A DNA stretch of 64,000 bases from Octopus vulgaris (lineage: Eukaryota), in assembly GCA_951406725.2 (NCBI GenBank), contig OX597823.1:63116001-63180000 (forward strand), written 5' to 3'. A program made the translations under genes and the position numbers. This document shows, piece by piece, positions 24,440 through 36,150 of the stretch (its first letter is position 1; each line of letters opens with the position of its first letter). Below the pieces are notes generated by a model, which saw nothing but the letters and a program-made list of their open reading frames with translations, did no database searches and had not been told where the DNA came from.

Positions 24440-26617
24440 CTTATTGCAACAGGCAACAAAATGGGAGAATTCCCACTTTTGTTAGTCAAGGAGCAGTGGT
24501 GTTGCTGAAAAGACCTGAACAAGGGGGATTGTATTGACAACTTTAGGCCTATAACTCTGCTGAATGCAGAGTTCAAAATTTCGGTTAAGGGATTAGGTAT
24601 GAGGTTGGCACTTGTTGTTGGGGATCTAGTAGGGAAGGCACAGACATGTGCCATTCCAAAAAGATCCATCCATGACAAACTCCACCTTATGCGATACATC
24701 ATTGAGAAAGTGGCTAAAGAACCTGGCATGGGTAGGTCCCTGGTCAATTTAGATTAGACTAAAGCTTCGATAGGGTTGACCATCTACAACTGGTGGCAGT
24801 CCTCAAGGCAGCTGGTTTCAGGCCTGTATTTAGGGGCTGGATTACTGCAATGCACAGCGACATCTATTCAGTGGTCAGAATGAAAGGTCACCTCTCAGAG
24901 CTGTTCAACATCATGTGCTCAGTCTGGCATTGTTGGCCCCTATCATCTCCCTTGTATGTACTGACTCTTGAGCCACTACTACATAAACTGGAGGTTTTGA
25001 GAGGGATCCCGCATGACCTTGGATGTGGGAGATGCATATGCCAACAACATCACCATAGTGGTGTTGGATCATATACACATAGGAATAATTGGTACTTCTC
25101 TCAATGCTCAGGGTCTAGTCTGGTCCAGACCTCCAGATGGACAAAAACTGGGACGAGCTAATGAGCAGGGTGACTACTCTCAACCAGAAATGAGCCGAGA
25201 AAAAGTTATTCTTGAAAGGTCAGGCAGAGGTGGCTAATGCACATATTCTGTCATCTACTATCGCTTGACCGTTGTGCCTTGTCCTGGCCACTGTCTGATT
25301 ACATTGGAACATATATTCTTCTGCTTCCTGTGGAAGGGACGTGTCCTGATGGTCAGGTGGTCTATCTGCTGTCAGCACCCGCTGCATGGTAGCCTGGGCT
25401 ACCATGCATCATGGTTGATGATGCACAGACATGTGCTGAAGCTACATCTCCAGTTCTTCCTAGACAGTGAACAAGTGTGGTCACTGTTCATCAGATATAT
25501 TTCCTTAATGGTGCTGCAGTTCTGGGTAAAACAGAGAGCAAGGGGGAGTATTTAGAAAGCGGAATGTCTTCAAGTGCCCACAGCCCTCAGCCAACCGGAC
25601 AGTGTGATAGGTGGAATGTCTACTTTAACTTTTAAAGAGAATTAGTGGAGGAAATTAGAGAGAATTGTGAAGGCGCATGGCTCAGTGGTTAGAGTGTCAA
25701 GCTTACAATCGTGAGGTTGTGAGTTTGAATCCCAGACCGGGCTGTGTGTTGTGTTCTTGAGCAAGACACTTTATTTCACGTTGCTCCAGTTCACTCAACT
25801 GTAGAAATGAGTTGCGATGTCACAGGTGCCAAGCTGTATCAGCCTTTGCCTTTCCCTTGGATAACACTGGTGGCATGGAGAGGGGAGGTTGGTATGCATG
25901 GGCAACAGCTGGTCTTCCATAAACAAGCTTGCCCTGGAAGGGTAACTTTCTAGGTGCAATCCCATGGTCAGTTATGACTGAAGGGGGTCTCAGCAGTGGA
26001 GGAAAAGTGCGACAAAGAAGATCAGCTAGTCGCTCTTTTCCAGAGAACTTTCAGGCTGGGACCATTGGATAATTTCCAAAAAATCTCTGGCCTGGCAGTG
26101 CTATCAGGGGGCTTTGCCTGTTTGAGATAACTTTACAGGCACGGAAGTGCTGTCATCCAAGTATGTCAGAGGTGTGCGCGGGACGACAATCCTATATGCA
26201 TTCATCCAGTTCCTGTAGGTTTATGTTGAAAATAAGGGTAGAGTGGGAAGTATTGTCTTCTTGTCAGTATGCTGAAAGGTGGATGAAAGTGGTGAGAATA
26301 TTACAAATGAATGGGCCTGCCCTGAGCATACACTTGTAGTTGAAACAAAAGGGAAGGGAAAAAGGGCACCTGCCCCAAAAGTCAGGACGCCCATGGTTTT
26401 TTATGGGGTTTTTCCATGAGCAGCACTCGAACGTCTCCTCCCTATTGAGGATTACACTTCGTTGGTTTCTTTTTCGTTCTTTTTTTTTTATCTTGTTAGT
26501 GTTGTTTACATGCAAAACCTTCACAACACCCACACATACACACACACATTCTTTGTTTTGTCCTGTGCTGTCCATAATGTTTTTCCTTAGTGTAAATCCT
26601 TGTGGTTAATAAAGAAA
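24440..26617 (+). mobile_element. Decayed Tx1/L1-clade LINE (RT domain to 3' end)
   Basis: Translation DCIDNFRPITLLNAEFKI..AQTCAIPKRSIHD..LVNLD*TKA(F)DRVDH..PLSSPLYVLTLEPLL..AYANNIT (decayed YADD); stops and frameshifts; ends aataaagaaa + (ATT)n. Confidence 0.9.
25667..25991 (+). mobile_element. SINE family C nested in the Tx1/L1 LINE
   Basis: Matches 21850-22172; agtggaggaaa duplicated on either side. Confidence 0.92.
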
Positions 26618-27054
26618 TCATCATTATAATAATAATTATTAATTTTATCATTCTTCTTCTTCTTCTTATTATTATTATTATCATCATTATTATTAATATT
26701 ATTTCCTTTTTCGAATCATTTCCTGAGAAGTTCCTTCCTGTCTGTGTAGTTGTATTTTTAGCTCGTCTCCTCATAGTATTTTCGTTAGGTTTCTATACTA
26801 GTCTATTGTCAGTGTTTGGAGCTTTGTAATAAACTTCAAGGATTTGGCAGCCAAGAGTTCTTCTGTAGTTTCAGCTGTTGCTGCTGCTGCTGTTTACAAG
26901 TGCTTTTGTTTTTGTGTGCATACATTGTTCACCATAACAGTTTGTTAGCGAAAGAGGAGATAGCAACGATCATAACAAGAGGGTGAAATGCGAAGTTGCT
27001 GATAGTGGTTTTTTTTTTTCCTTTTAGTTTTAACCCTAGGTCCGTATTGGTTAA

Positions 27055-27275
27055 CCCTTTCATTACCGTATTCATTTTGAGATGCTCTGTGTTTCTTTCA
27101 ATTATTTTAAATATAACAAAGAATTTAGTAAAATAACTTAGTTATCATTAAGCTTGTGTTAGGATCATAAATTGTGACTAAGGTTTGGTGGTATATTTTA
27201 ATGAAAATCTTATGAAAACAAGACATTTATACTACAGAGCCACAGCCGGTTTTGGCCGGGTTGGTAACAAAAGGG
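27055..27275 (+). mobile_element. 221-bp TTAA-flanked MITE, copy 2
   Basis: TTAA|CCCTTTCATTAC...GTAACAAAAGGG|TTAA. Confidence 0.92.
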
Positions 27276-27322
27276 TTAAGCAGGTTTATCTATGATCAAA
27301 GCAGTTCTGACTGGATGATCTA

Positions 27323-27532
27323 TACTCTTTACTCTTTTACTTGTTTCAGTCATTTGACTGCGGCCATGCTGGAGCACCACCTTTAGTCGAGCAAATCGAC
27401 CCCGGGACTTATTCTTTGTAAGCCCAGTACTTATTCTATCGGTCTCTTTTGCCGAACCGCTAAGTTACGGGGACGCAAACACACCAGCATCGGTTGTCAA
27501 GCAATGCTAGGGGGACGAACACAGACACACAA

Positions 27533-27565
<33 letters not shown>

Positions 27566-27754
27566 CATCGCTAAATGATGATGATGATATACGACAGGCT
27601 TAATTCAGTTTCCGTCTACCAAATCCTCTCACAAGGCATTGGTCGGCCCGGGGCTATAGCAGAAGACACTTGCCCAAGATGCCACGCAGTGGGACTGAAC
27701 CCGGAACCATGTGGTTGTTTAGCAAGCTACTTACCACACAGCCACTCCTGCGCC
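27323..27754 (-). mobile_element. SINE family A, full-length young copy
   Basis: CpG-rich close reverse-complement match to 61323-61753. Confidence 0.95.
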
Positions 27755-28427
27755 TATGCCTTTTTTTAAAAAAATGTTTTTCTTTAGATATGAAATATAT
27801 TTCGAGTTTTTAGCAAGACTAACCACTGCATAAAGCTCCCGGTGGTACCACCTCCTTCTCTCATTCTAGGGGGTTGTAGTTGTTGTTCTTAGGGCTGTTC
27901 ATGCTGCTGTCGCCACTGGTTATCTATCTCTGCTTTATTAGCTTTTCATTCCATTTCCATTCTCTTCTGTTTTCTTTATAATTTTTAATGTCAATTAACA
28001 CATGTTCATTGTCTCTAGGACATGCTGCATTCTCCCCACCACACACAGGCTCATTCATACTCTCCACTCGTACAGTGTAGCACAAAAGTGTACACATACA
28101 CAGACAATAGTTTACATACAAACATCAACAAAAGTTACCAACAGCACAAATGTGTGTGTGTGTGTAGACGCATAAACAATGGTACAATGGCACAAATGTC
28201 TATGCTTACAATGGTGTGTAAAACAAAAGACAATAGAAAGAATGGAAGCAGTATTGTCTTCACATTGTGTCCATTCTTAAGCAACCCACTGCACTGCATC
28301 CTCCTTCCTCCTTCCTGCCATAGACCTCAATTTGACCTGAAATTCTTTGCCATCTCTCTGAAAGACAATATCCAGCTTTTGCACCTATGTGCTTGCCTCT
28401 GTGTGAGTGTGTGTGCACATCTATATA

Positions 28428-28463
<36 letters not shown>

Positions 28464-28483
28464 TATATATATATATCTATATA

Positions 28484-28733
28484 TCTATATATATAAAAGG
28501 CAGTTTGTCTGTCTGTGTGTCTGTCAGGTTCTACCCTCACCCTAACCACGGCTTTCAACTGATTCTGATGAAACTTGACACACACACATATCCCCAATGT
28601 CATAATTCAAAACTAACGCAGCGAAAATTTTGAAAAGTTCCCCCAGTTCTGAAAAAAATCGATAAATTCGACATGTAAAAAGGTAAAGGGCATTTTATCT
28701 TACATACCCGGACAACGCCGGGCTATGCTGCTA

Positions 28734-28734
<1 letters not shown>
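28484..28734 (+). mobile_element. Non-autonomous Helitron
   Basis: 5' TC, subterminal hairpin CCCGG-acaacg-CCGGG, 3' CTAG, A|T insertion site; 5' ~190 bp shared with 56009-56392. Confidence 0.9.
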
Positions 28735-28766
<32 letters not shown>

Positions 28767-28912
28767 GGAAGTAATGTGCTTTAGTGCAAACAAGCACAAG
28801 AAAGAAGTACACAGTACAGTGTAGTAGGTGAAACTTTTGGAATTCAATTCTGTTCCAACTTGCTTCTCTGTCTGTCTGTCTCGTGTGTGTGTGTGTGTAT
28901 ACTCACACTCTA

Positions 28913-29209
28913 TCTTGTTTCAATCATTGGGTAGGGGTTCAGCCTTGACTCGTTTAGTAAAACAATTGATCCCAGTACTTGTTCTGTTGGCCACTTTGCT
29001 GACTCACTAAGTGACAGGGGATATAAACAAACCAACTATGGTTGTCAAGCATATTATGACAGGCTTCCACACAGTTTCCATCTGCCAAATTCACTCACAA
29101 GACAATGACCAGCTCGGGGCTATAGTAAAAACCACTTGCCCTAGATGCCATGCAGTGGGACTAAATCCATGTGGTTGGGAAGCAAACTTCTGAAGCACAC
29201 ACCCATATT

Positions 29210-29303
<94 letters not shown>

Positions 29304-29683
29304 TCTTGTTTCAGTTATTTGACTTTGGCCATGCTGGAGCACCACCTTTAGTCGAGGAAATCAACCCCATGACTTATTCTTTGTAAGCTTAGTACTTATC
29401 GGTCTCTTTTGCTGAACCACTAAGTTACGGGGACGTAAACACACCAGCATCGGTTGTCAAGCAATGTTGGGGGAACAAACACAGACATACAAACATATAC
29501 ACACATACATACACTCATATATATATATACACATACAATGGACTTCTTTCAGTTTCCATCTACCAAATCCACTCACAAGGCTATGGTCGGCCTGAGGCTA
29601 TATTAGAAGACACTCGGCTATGGGACTGAACCCAGAACCATGTGGTTGGTAAGCAAGCTACTTACCACACAGCCACTCCTACA

Positions 29684-29720
<37 letters not shown>

Positions 29721-30101
29721 AACAATTGATACAGGAAATAGAATATACTGGAAACTTCATTTATCACGATGGCTGTTTTGATACATCCTGCATTGCTCTC
29801 TTATAGGAAGCTATACAAGGAATTCCTGTGTATCCACAGCATACTACTAGGGACATACTCAAAACACAATTTAAATTTAAATCTAGACCTTAATTATAAC
29901 ATATATATATATGTATATATTTTCTTTTACATGTCTCAGTCATTAGACTGCAGCCATGCTTGAGCACTGCCTTTAGTCAAACAAATCAACCCCTGGACTA
30001 CTCTTTGTATTTATTCTATCGGTCTCTTTTGGTGAACTGCTAAGTTATGGGGATGTAAACATGCCACCATCGGTTGTCAAGTAATGGTGGTGGGGGGAAT
30101 G

Positions 30102-30134
<33 letters not shown>

Positions 30135-30212
30135 GATGGGCTTCTTTCAGTTTCCATCTACCAAATCCACTCACAAGGCTTTGGTTGACCTAAAGCTCTG
30201 GTAGAAGACACT
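28913..30212 (-). mobile_element. Three consecutive SINE family A copies (28913-29200, 29302-29686, 29926-30212)
   Basis: Each begins ttg/ttac..tcagtcatt and carries the cactcacaagg body; separated by (CT)n/(TA)n. Confidence 0.88.
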
Positions 30213-30555
30213 TAAATCTTGCCTTTTGTTATTTCTGGGGTGTATACTGAGCGTTTTTAGTTCAATTTACAGTCTGTTTTTGACCATTCTTTCTGTCTTG
30301 GCTAAGTGCAGATTAGTTCTTGAAGTAACAAATGTTGGGAATGGAAAAACAAAAAAACACAAAAAAATAGTTTGCATCCATTTAATTCTTTTTTCAGCAT
30401 TGTGTGATGGGCTAAGTTTCAAAAAGCTTTATGCCATAACTTACTGCTTTTTGCATTTTTTCTTTTTAACAACCTTTATATTTACAGTTTGGTGTTTTTG
30501 GTAACATTCTATAGCTTAGGCAGTGTAAAATGTCAGCTTCGGAACTGAGCAGTAT

Positions 30556-30765
30556 CTGATTAACAAATATACACTTACTCTCCTCACCCCATCTCTGTGT
30601 GTGTGTGTCTCTCTCTCTATCTCTCTCTCTCCCCCCCTCTCTGATTAACAAATATACACTTACTCTCCTCACCCCATCTCTGTGTGTGTGTCTCTCTCTA
30701 TCTCTCTCTCTCTCTCTCTCCCTCCCTCTCTGATTAACAAATATACACTTTCTCTCCTCATCTCA
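30556..30765. repeat. ~85-90 bp tandem triplication
   Basis: ctgattaacaaatatacactt(a/t)ctctcctca occurs three times, separated by GT/CT microsatellite. Confidence 0.9.
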
Positions 30766-31042
30766 TCTTTCTGTCTCTTCCCCCTCCCTCCCCCTCTCTC
30801 ACATACAAGAATTTTTGTTTCCTAGCTGTAATAGTGGTCTAAATACACACACAGACATGCACACACTTATCTAAGGATGGATCAACAATTTTCTGTTTTT
30901 TTTCCAAGAGTTTACTTACGTTTTTTTTTTCTATATTGTTTGTCATTATCTGTGTTATTGTGTATACATGTGCGATTGTATGCATATATGTGTGAGTGAG
31001 CATGTATATGTGTATATGTGTGTGTACATATTTGTGTATGTG

Positions 31043-31427
31043 TGTGTGGTAAGTAGCTTGCTAACCAACCACATGGTTCCGGGTTCAGTCCCACTGCGTG
31101 GCATCTTGGGCAAGTGTCTTCTGCTATAGCCCCAGGCCGACCAATGCCGTGTGAGTGGATTTGGTAGACGGAAACTGAAAGAAGCCTGTCGTATATATGT
31201 ATGTATATATATATATGTATGTGTGTTTGTGTCTGTGTTTGTCCCCCTAGCATTGCTTGACAACCAATGCTGATGTATTTACATCCCCGTCACTTAGCGG
31301 TTCGCCAAAGAGACCGATAGAATAAGTACTGGGCTTACAAAGAATGTCTCGGGGTCGAGTTGCTCGACTAAAGGCGATGCTCCAGCATGGCCGCAGTCAA
31401 ATGACTGAAACAAGTAAAAGAGAGTAA
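31043..31427 (+). mobile_element. SINE family A, young copy
   Basis: Close match to 61335-61753. Confidence 0.94.
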
Positions 31428-31441
31428 ATGAGATATATATA

Positions 31442-31621
31442 CATTTTTTTTTCCTCTGTCTTCCCTTCTCTGGATCTTTCCTTCTCCTATGTTTCCAACG
31501 AAGAGCTCCGCTCAAAACGTTAAACCCTCCTTCTCCCCTCCTTCCTGAGCATCCAATAATACTATATTTGTTCCACGTCCTCGCGTTGTTGTGTTTTCTC
31601 TTTATGTTTTCATGTTTGGAT

Positions 31622-31625
<4 letters not shown>
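31442..31625 (+). mobile_element. Solo Penelope-type terminal repeat (second family) in (TA)n
   Basis: Same layout as 33392-33575: cattttttt, pyrimidine tract, hammerhead-like motif, ttcctgagc, T-rich tail, (TA)n. Confidence 0.72.
31491..31525 (+). ncRNA. Decayed minimal hammerhead-like motif
   Basis: GUUU-CCAACGAA-GAGC(UCC)GCUC-AAAA-CG-UU-AAAC; two core changes are compatible with CpG decay. Confidence 0.55.
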
Positions 31626-31659
<34 letters not shown>

Positions 31660-31663
<4 letters not shown>

Positions 31664-31920
31664 CGTGACCGACCAGGCTATCAGATGTTGCTACACATCA
31701 CTGGTCACCATGCGCTTTGCATTGTTTTAACCTTCAAATGAAGAGTGAGAGAAAGTTGTGGCGAAAAAGTACTGCAGGGATCGCCGCCACCCCTGCCGGA
31801 GCCTCGTGGAGCTTTAGGTGTTTTCGCTCAATAAACACTCACAATGTCTGGTCTGGGAATCGAAACCGCAATCCTACAACGGCGAGTCTGCTGCCCTAAC
31901 CACTGAGCCATTGCACCTCC
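31660..31920 (-). mobile_element. tRNA-derived SINE with family D head and alternative tail
   Basis: ggaggtgcaatggctcagtggttagggcagc..ggtttcgattccc head as in 37378-37758. Confidence 0.88.
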
Positions 31921-32280
31921 TATATATATATATGTATATATGTATATGTATATATGTATATGTATATATGTATATATATATATGTATATGTATATATGTA
32001 TATATATATATGTATATGTATATATGTATATATATATATGTATATGTATATATGTATATATATATATGTATATGTATATATGTATATATATATATGTATA
32101 TATGTATATATGTATATGTATATATGTATATATATATATGTATATGTATATATGTATATGTATATATGTATATGTATATATGTATATGTATATATGTATA
32201 TGTATATATGTATATGTATATATGTATATATATATATGTATATATGTATATATGTATATGTATATATATATATGTATATA
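31921..32280. repeat. (TA)n/(TATG)n compound microsatellite
   Basis: Direct observation. Confidence 0.97.
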
Positions 32281-32281
32281 C

Positions 32282-32619
32282 CATCGACCCTATCCCATCA
32301 TCCACTCCTTCACCTGCACCTCCAGCAATATTATCTATTGCATCTCTTGCTCTCTCTGCAATTCCTTGTACATCGGACAAACGGGACGCCGCTTGGCTGA
32401 CCGGTTCGCGGAACACCTTCGTGACATCCACCTTGCGAACGACACACCGGTCTCACGCCATTTCCGCTCCACCGGTCACTCCTTGCAACACCTATCTGTG
32501 TTCGGTTTGTCCTTACACAGAGGCCATCCGGATTCCCGTTTGCGCCGTGAACAGGAATTAATCTTCTCTCTTCGCTCTTATACGCCATTTGGTCTCAACT
32601 CTCCCCCCTCCTCATCTAA
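32282..32619 (+). pseudogene. Penelope-like GIY-YIG endonuclease domain (fragment, no RT)
   Basis: [41 protein letters not shown]...[20 protein letters not shown]: IY..C..C..YIG.T motif with catalytic R and E, and terminal GLN. Confidence 0.93.
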
Positions 32620-33167
32620 CCCCCCTCTCCCCCTCCTCACCTATCCTTTCTCCCCCGACCCCTACTTCTTCAGTCCTTCATCCTTTCACCCCTACTCCCC
32701 TTCCCTTCTTCCCTCTTTCTCCCTCCCTCTTCCCCTTGCCTCTGCTCCCCCACTCCCTCTCTCCCCCTCTCCCTCTTTCCTCCTTCATCCCCCTCCTCCC
32801 CTTCCTTCTCCCCCATCCTCTCCTCTTCCCCCTTCTCCTCCCCCTCGCCTTCTCCCCCTCCCCCTCTTCTCTTCACTACACCACATGACTTTACACATCA
32901 CATCACATATGATGTGCCATACTAATACACACACCAACTAATACATACTAATACGTACTAATACATACCAGTACATACTAATACTTACACCAACCCTATA
33001 CATACACACGTCCAGACCCCGCATACGCACTTATACTCTCTCACACACACACACACACACACACCTATACATACCAATACGTACTAATACATACTAATAC
33101 ATACTAATACATACACCAACCCCATACATACGCACGTCCAGACCAATCTTACGCACTAATACTCTCT

Positions 33168-33204
<37 letters not shown>

Positions 33205-33438
33205 TATACATACTAATACATACACCAACCCTATACATACACACATCCAGACCCCTCCCACGCACTTTTAGCTGGTCCCTCAACCCTTTTATCAACCCTA
33301 TTATCTCCCCTTATTTCGCTCTCGCGTCTCATGTTTGATCTTTGACCTCTGGCCGAAATCAGATCGCCATGTTGATTCGTTAGCTACTGCACGCATTTTT
33401 TTTCTCTCCTTCTTTCTGTGTTTTTCTCTCTCTGTGTA

Positions 33439-33476
33439 TCTTTCTGTTGAAGAGCGTAGGCTCGAAACGTTAAAGA
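33439..33476 (+). ncRNA. Minimal type I hammerhead-like ribozyme, variant core
   Basis: UCUUU-CUGUUGAA-GAGC(GUAG)GCUC-GAAA-CG-UU-AAAGA, in the terminal repeat of a Penelope-like element. Confidence 0.75.
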
Positions 33477-33585
33477 CTTGTTTTATTTATATTTCCTGAG
33501 CGCCATACTAATACAATTGTTCGTTTGTTTTCCACCTGCCTTCGTCTTTTGTTTATTTTCATAAAGCTTCCCGTTATATATGTAT

Positions 33586-33685
33586 NNNNNNNNNNNNNNN
33601 NNNNNNNNNNNNNNNNNNNNNNNNNNNNNNNNNNNNNNNNNNNNNNNNNNNNNNNNNNNNNNNNNNNNNNNNNNNNNNNNNNNNN
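33586..33685. other. Assembly gap (100 N)
   Basis: Run of n, flanked by TA repeats. Confidence 1.
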
Positions 33686-33707
33686 ATATATTTTATTTTA
33701 TAGAAGG

Positions 33708-33758
33708 AGCTTCTACAGGACTAGAACTGTTTCATTCAAATGAAATCATCAGGAAGCT
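33708..33758 (-). ncRNA. Type I hammerhead ribozyme, canonical core (minus arm)
   Basis: AGCUUC-CUGAUGA-U-UUC(AUUU)GAA-U-GAAA-CAG(UUCUAGUC)CUG-UA-GAAGCU. Confidence 0.82.
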
Positions 33759-33805
33759 TCCTGATGATTTCATTTGAATGAAACAGTTCTAGTCCCGTAG
33801 AAGCT
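33755..33805 (+). ncRNA. Type I hammerhead ribozyme, canonical core (plus arm)
   Basis: Same as the minus arm but with one stem III mismatch; predicted cleavage after GUA at 33799. Confidence 0.78.
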
Positions 33806-35296
33806 CCTTCTATAAAATAAATTAATTTACTCTGCTATGTATTGAGTACCTTATTTACTGTGGTTAACCCCGACTCAACCCGGGACCTACATATATATGT
33901 ATATATATATATATATTTGTGTGTGTGTGTGTGTATTTATGTATGTATGATGTGAGTATAAATGTGTTTATGTAAGGTTCAAGACTTGCTCCATAGTTAA
34001 TCAGTTTCTGATGAAGCGACCAGTCAGATTATGTCAAAGCGATTCATAATGTAACCCTCTTCTCTGTTTGTACTAACATCTGGATGAGGATGTAACACAG
34101 ATGCACAAACAATATAGCATTGTTCTTTGTTTTTTTTTCTCATCTCTTTCTCTCTCTGGACTATTGGTCATGTGCTATGAAGTCGTTTTCCATTTGGTTG
34201 TGTGTCATCTGCTCTTTTCATTTGATCATGAGATACAGTCTATCATCTGTATCTCACTCTCTCTCTCTCTCTCTCTCCTCTATCTTTCTCTCTGGTTATG
34301 TTTTGCACTTCCGTGTCTCTCTCTCCTCTCTTTTCACTCATTCTTCTTCTCTTTTGGGTAGAGAGTATTTTTTATCCACCTACATATTCAAATTATTATT
34401 TTCACTTTAGTAGAATTGTTTCGCAAGCTTATAGAAAATTACCTACAATATCTGACGGTTTATAAAATGAACCTCACTTTTGGCAGTCCATTCGTTTCCT
34501 TGAAAAATCCTCCTCCTCCATTTGCCCCAATAAAAATACCTTCTCCCTGCTCAGTGTTTAATATTTATAATTCTTACTATTTGGTCATTTTATAGTTTCA
34601 TGTATTTGAATCATGGCATCTTACTACTTCTCTGAACCATTTTATTAACTATATTTCTAATTAAAATATATTTCCTATATATTTTCATTTAAGTCTAATA
34701 TCATAAATTTGGAGTGGTTTCATGAAACAGCTATAACTTATCATTATCGTCATTATTTAACATCCAATTTTCCATGCTGGCATGGGTTGGACGGTTTGAC
34801 AGGAACTGAAGAGTCAGAGAACTGTGCTGAGCTCCAGTGTCTACTTTGGCATAGTTTCTACTGTTTGACGCTCTTCCTAATATCAACCACTTCACAGAGT
34901 GTACTGGTACCTTTTTTTTCATGGCACTAGCACTGGTAACATCACTAAAGTACCTGCAAGACAAGATCCCTTGACAGTAGGGTACAGTATTGAGGCATAT
35001 AAAAGTATGATAGAAGGACAACAAGCAAATGTCTTGCTGAAGAGATGGGTACACGTGGTGTTACACATACTTGATAATAAGCTTCTTAGATAATAAATTC
35101 ATTAAAGAATTTTTTCCTGAGAAATACTCAAATTACAGGTAAGCACAGGTAAAATTATATTGGGTTGTTCATGAGTGCTGCTGATAACATGTAGTCTGGT
35201 ACAACTTACTGCCTTATAAGGAGAGTTGCTAGAATCCCAGCAGGACAAAAACAATACTTGTCAAAATGATGAATGAAAGCTAAAATGATGTCAATC

Positions 35297-35610
35297 ATCA
35301 TCATCATTGTTCGACCGTGGTCAAAACAATGGAATTTACCATGCTACGCCAGACTTCACAGTCCATCATGGCATTACGGAGGTCCTGTTGCTGGATGCCT
35401 GTATCCCTGGAGATTACATCAGGGTAGGAGAGTGTGCGCCCTCTGGTATTGCGAGTAGATGGCTTCCAGAGGAGAAGAGTAGAAATTACCTCTTTTTCAG
35501 CTCTACAACAATGTCCAGCAAACTGGACTCTCTTACCTTTCAAAATGACAGATGAACCCAACGCAAGGTCAGTAGCTATCTTGCAATATAACAGGGACTT
35601 TGAAATTCTG
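35297..35610 (-). mobile_element. RTE-like LINE 3' fragment
   Basis: KRVQFAGHCCRAEKEVISTLLLWKP..RGRTLSYPDVISRDTG..LRNAMMDCEVWR followed by (TGA)n tail. Confidence 0.82.
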
Positions 35611-35949
35611 TATTAGTGTCCTGTGTGCAGTAAGATCACTGAGAGTGAAGCAGAGTTTAGCTTTTGTTAAGGCATCTCTCTAAGAAAGATGCCCACAGCC
35701 ACATCAGTGGTACATCTGGTCAATCTGGGCTCAGCAGTCTTGGAAGGCAACCCGAGTAGGAAAAGGTAACTCTGAGCATAAACCTGCCCTACCAGTGGAT
35801 GCCTGTGAAACAGCAAAAGCTCAAACTGACAGTAAATCAGTTCAGAAAACACAAGGCCCACTAATTTTTATCCACCTTGAAGAGAGTATGAAAACACAAT
35901 GAATGGATTGCATCTGAGTACTGAAATACTCTTGGAAGACAACCAGAGT

Positions 35950-36150
35950 ATCATCATCATCGTTTAACATCCGTTCTCCATGCTAGCACGGGATGGACAG
36001 TTCGACCGGGGTCTGGGAAGCCAGGGCTGTACCAGGCTCCAGTCTGATCTGGCAGTGTTTCTACAGCTGGATGCCTTTCCTAACGCCAACCACTCCGCGA
36101 GTGTAGTGGGTGCTTTTTACGTGCCACCTGCACAGGTGCCAGGGGGGTCT
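35950..36150 (-). mobile_element. RTE-associated 3' segment, young copy
   Basis: catcatcgtttaac..ggatgcctttcctaacgccaaccactccg..; close to 58625-58875. Confidence 0.85.

Larger units (their letters stand above)
32281..33575 (+). mobile_element. 5'-truncated Penelope-like retroelement (GIY-YIG end, 3' UTR, terminal repeat) inserted in (TA)n
   Basis: Endonuclease-coding segment, low-complexity UTR with three ~110-bp repeats (32920-33265), hammerhead-bearing terminal repeat, (TA)n both sides. Confidence 0.9.
33692..33821. repeat. 130-bp spacerless palindrome (65-bp arms, one mismatch)
   Basis: Centre GAAG|CTTC at 33756/33757; only mismatch is 33717 vs 33796. Confidence 0.95.

Noticed and set aside
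28565-28574. CTGATGAAAC as a hammerhead (also at 56100)
   Set aside because: No stem II between CUGAUGA and GAAA; part of the Helitron body.
31940-32941. 333 aa ORF as an intact gene
   Set aside because: Only 32282-32619 is real coding sequence; the flanks are translated microsatellite and pyrimidine tract.
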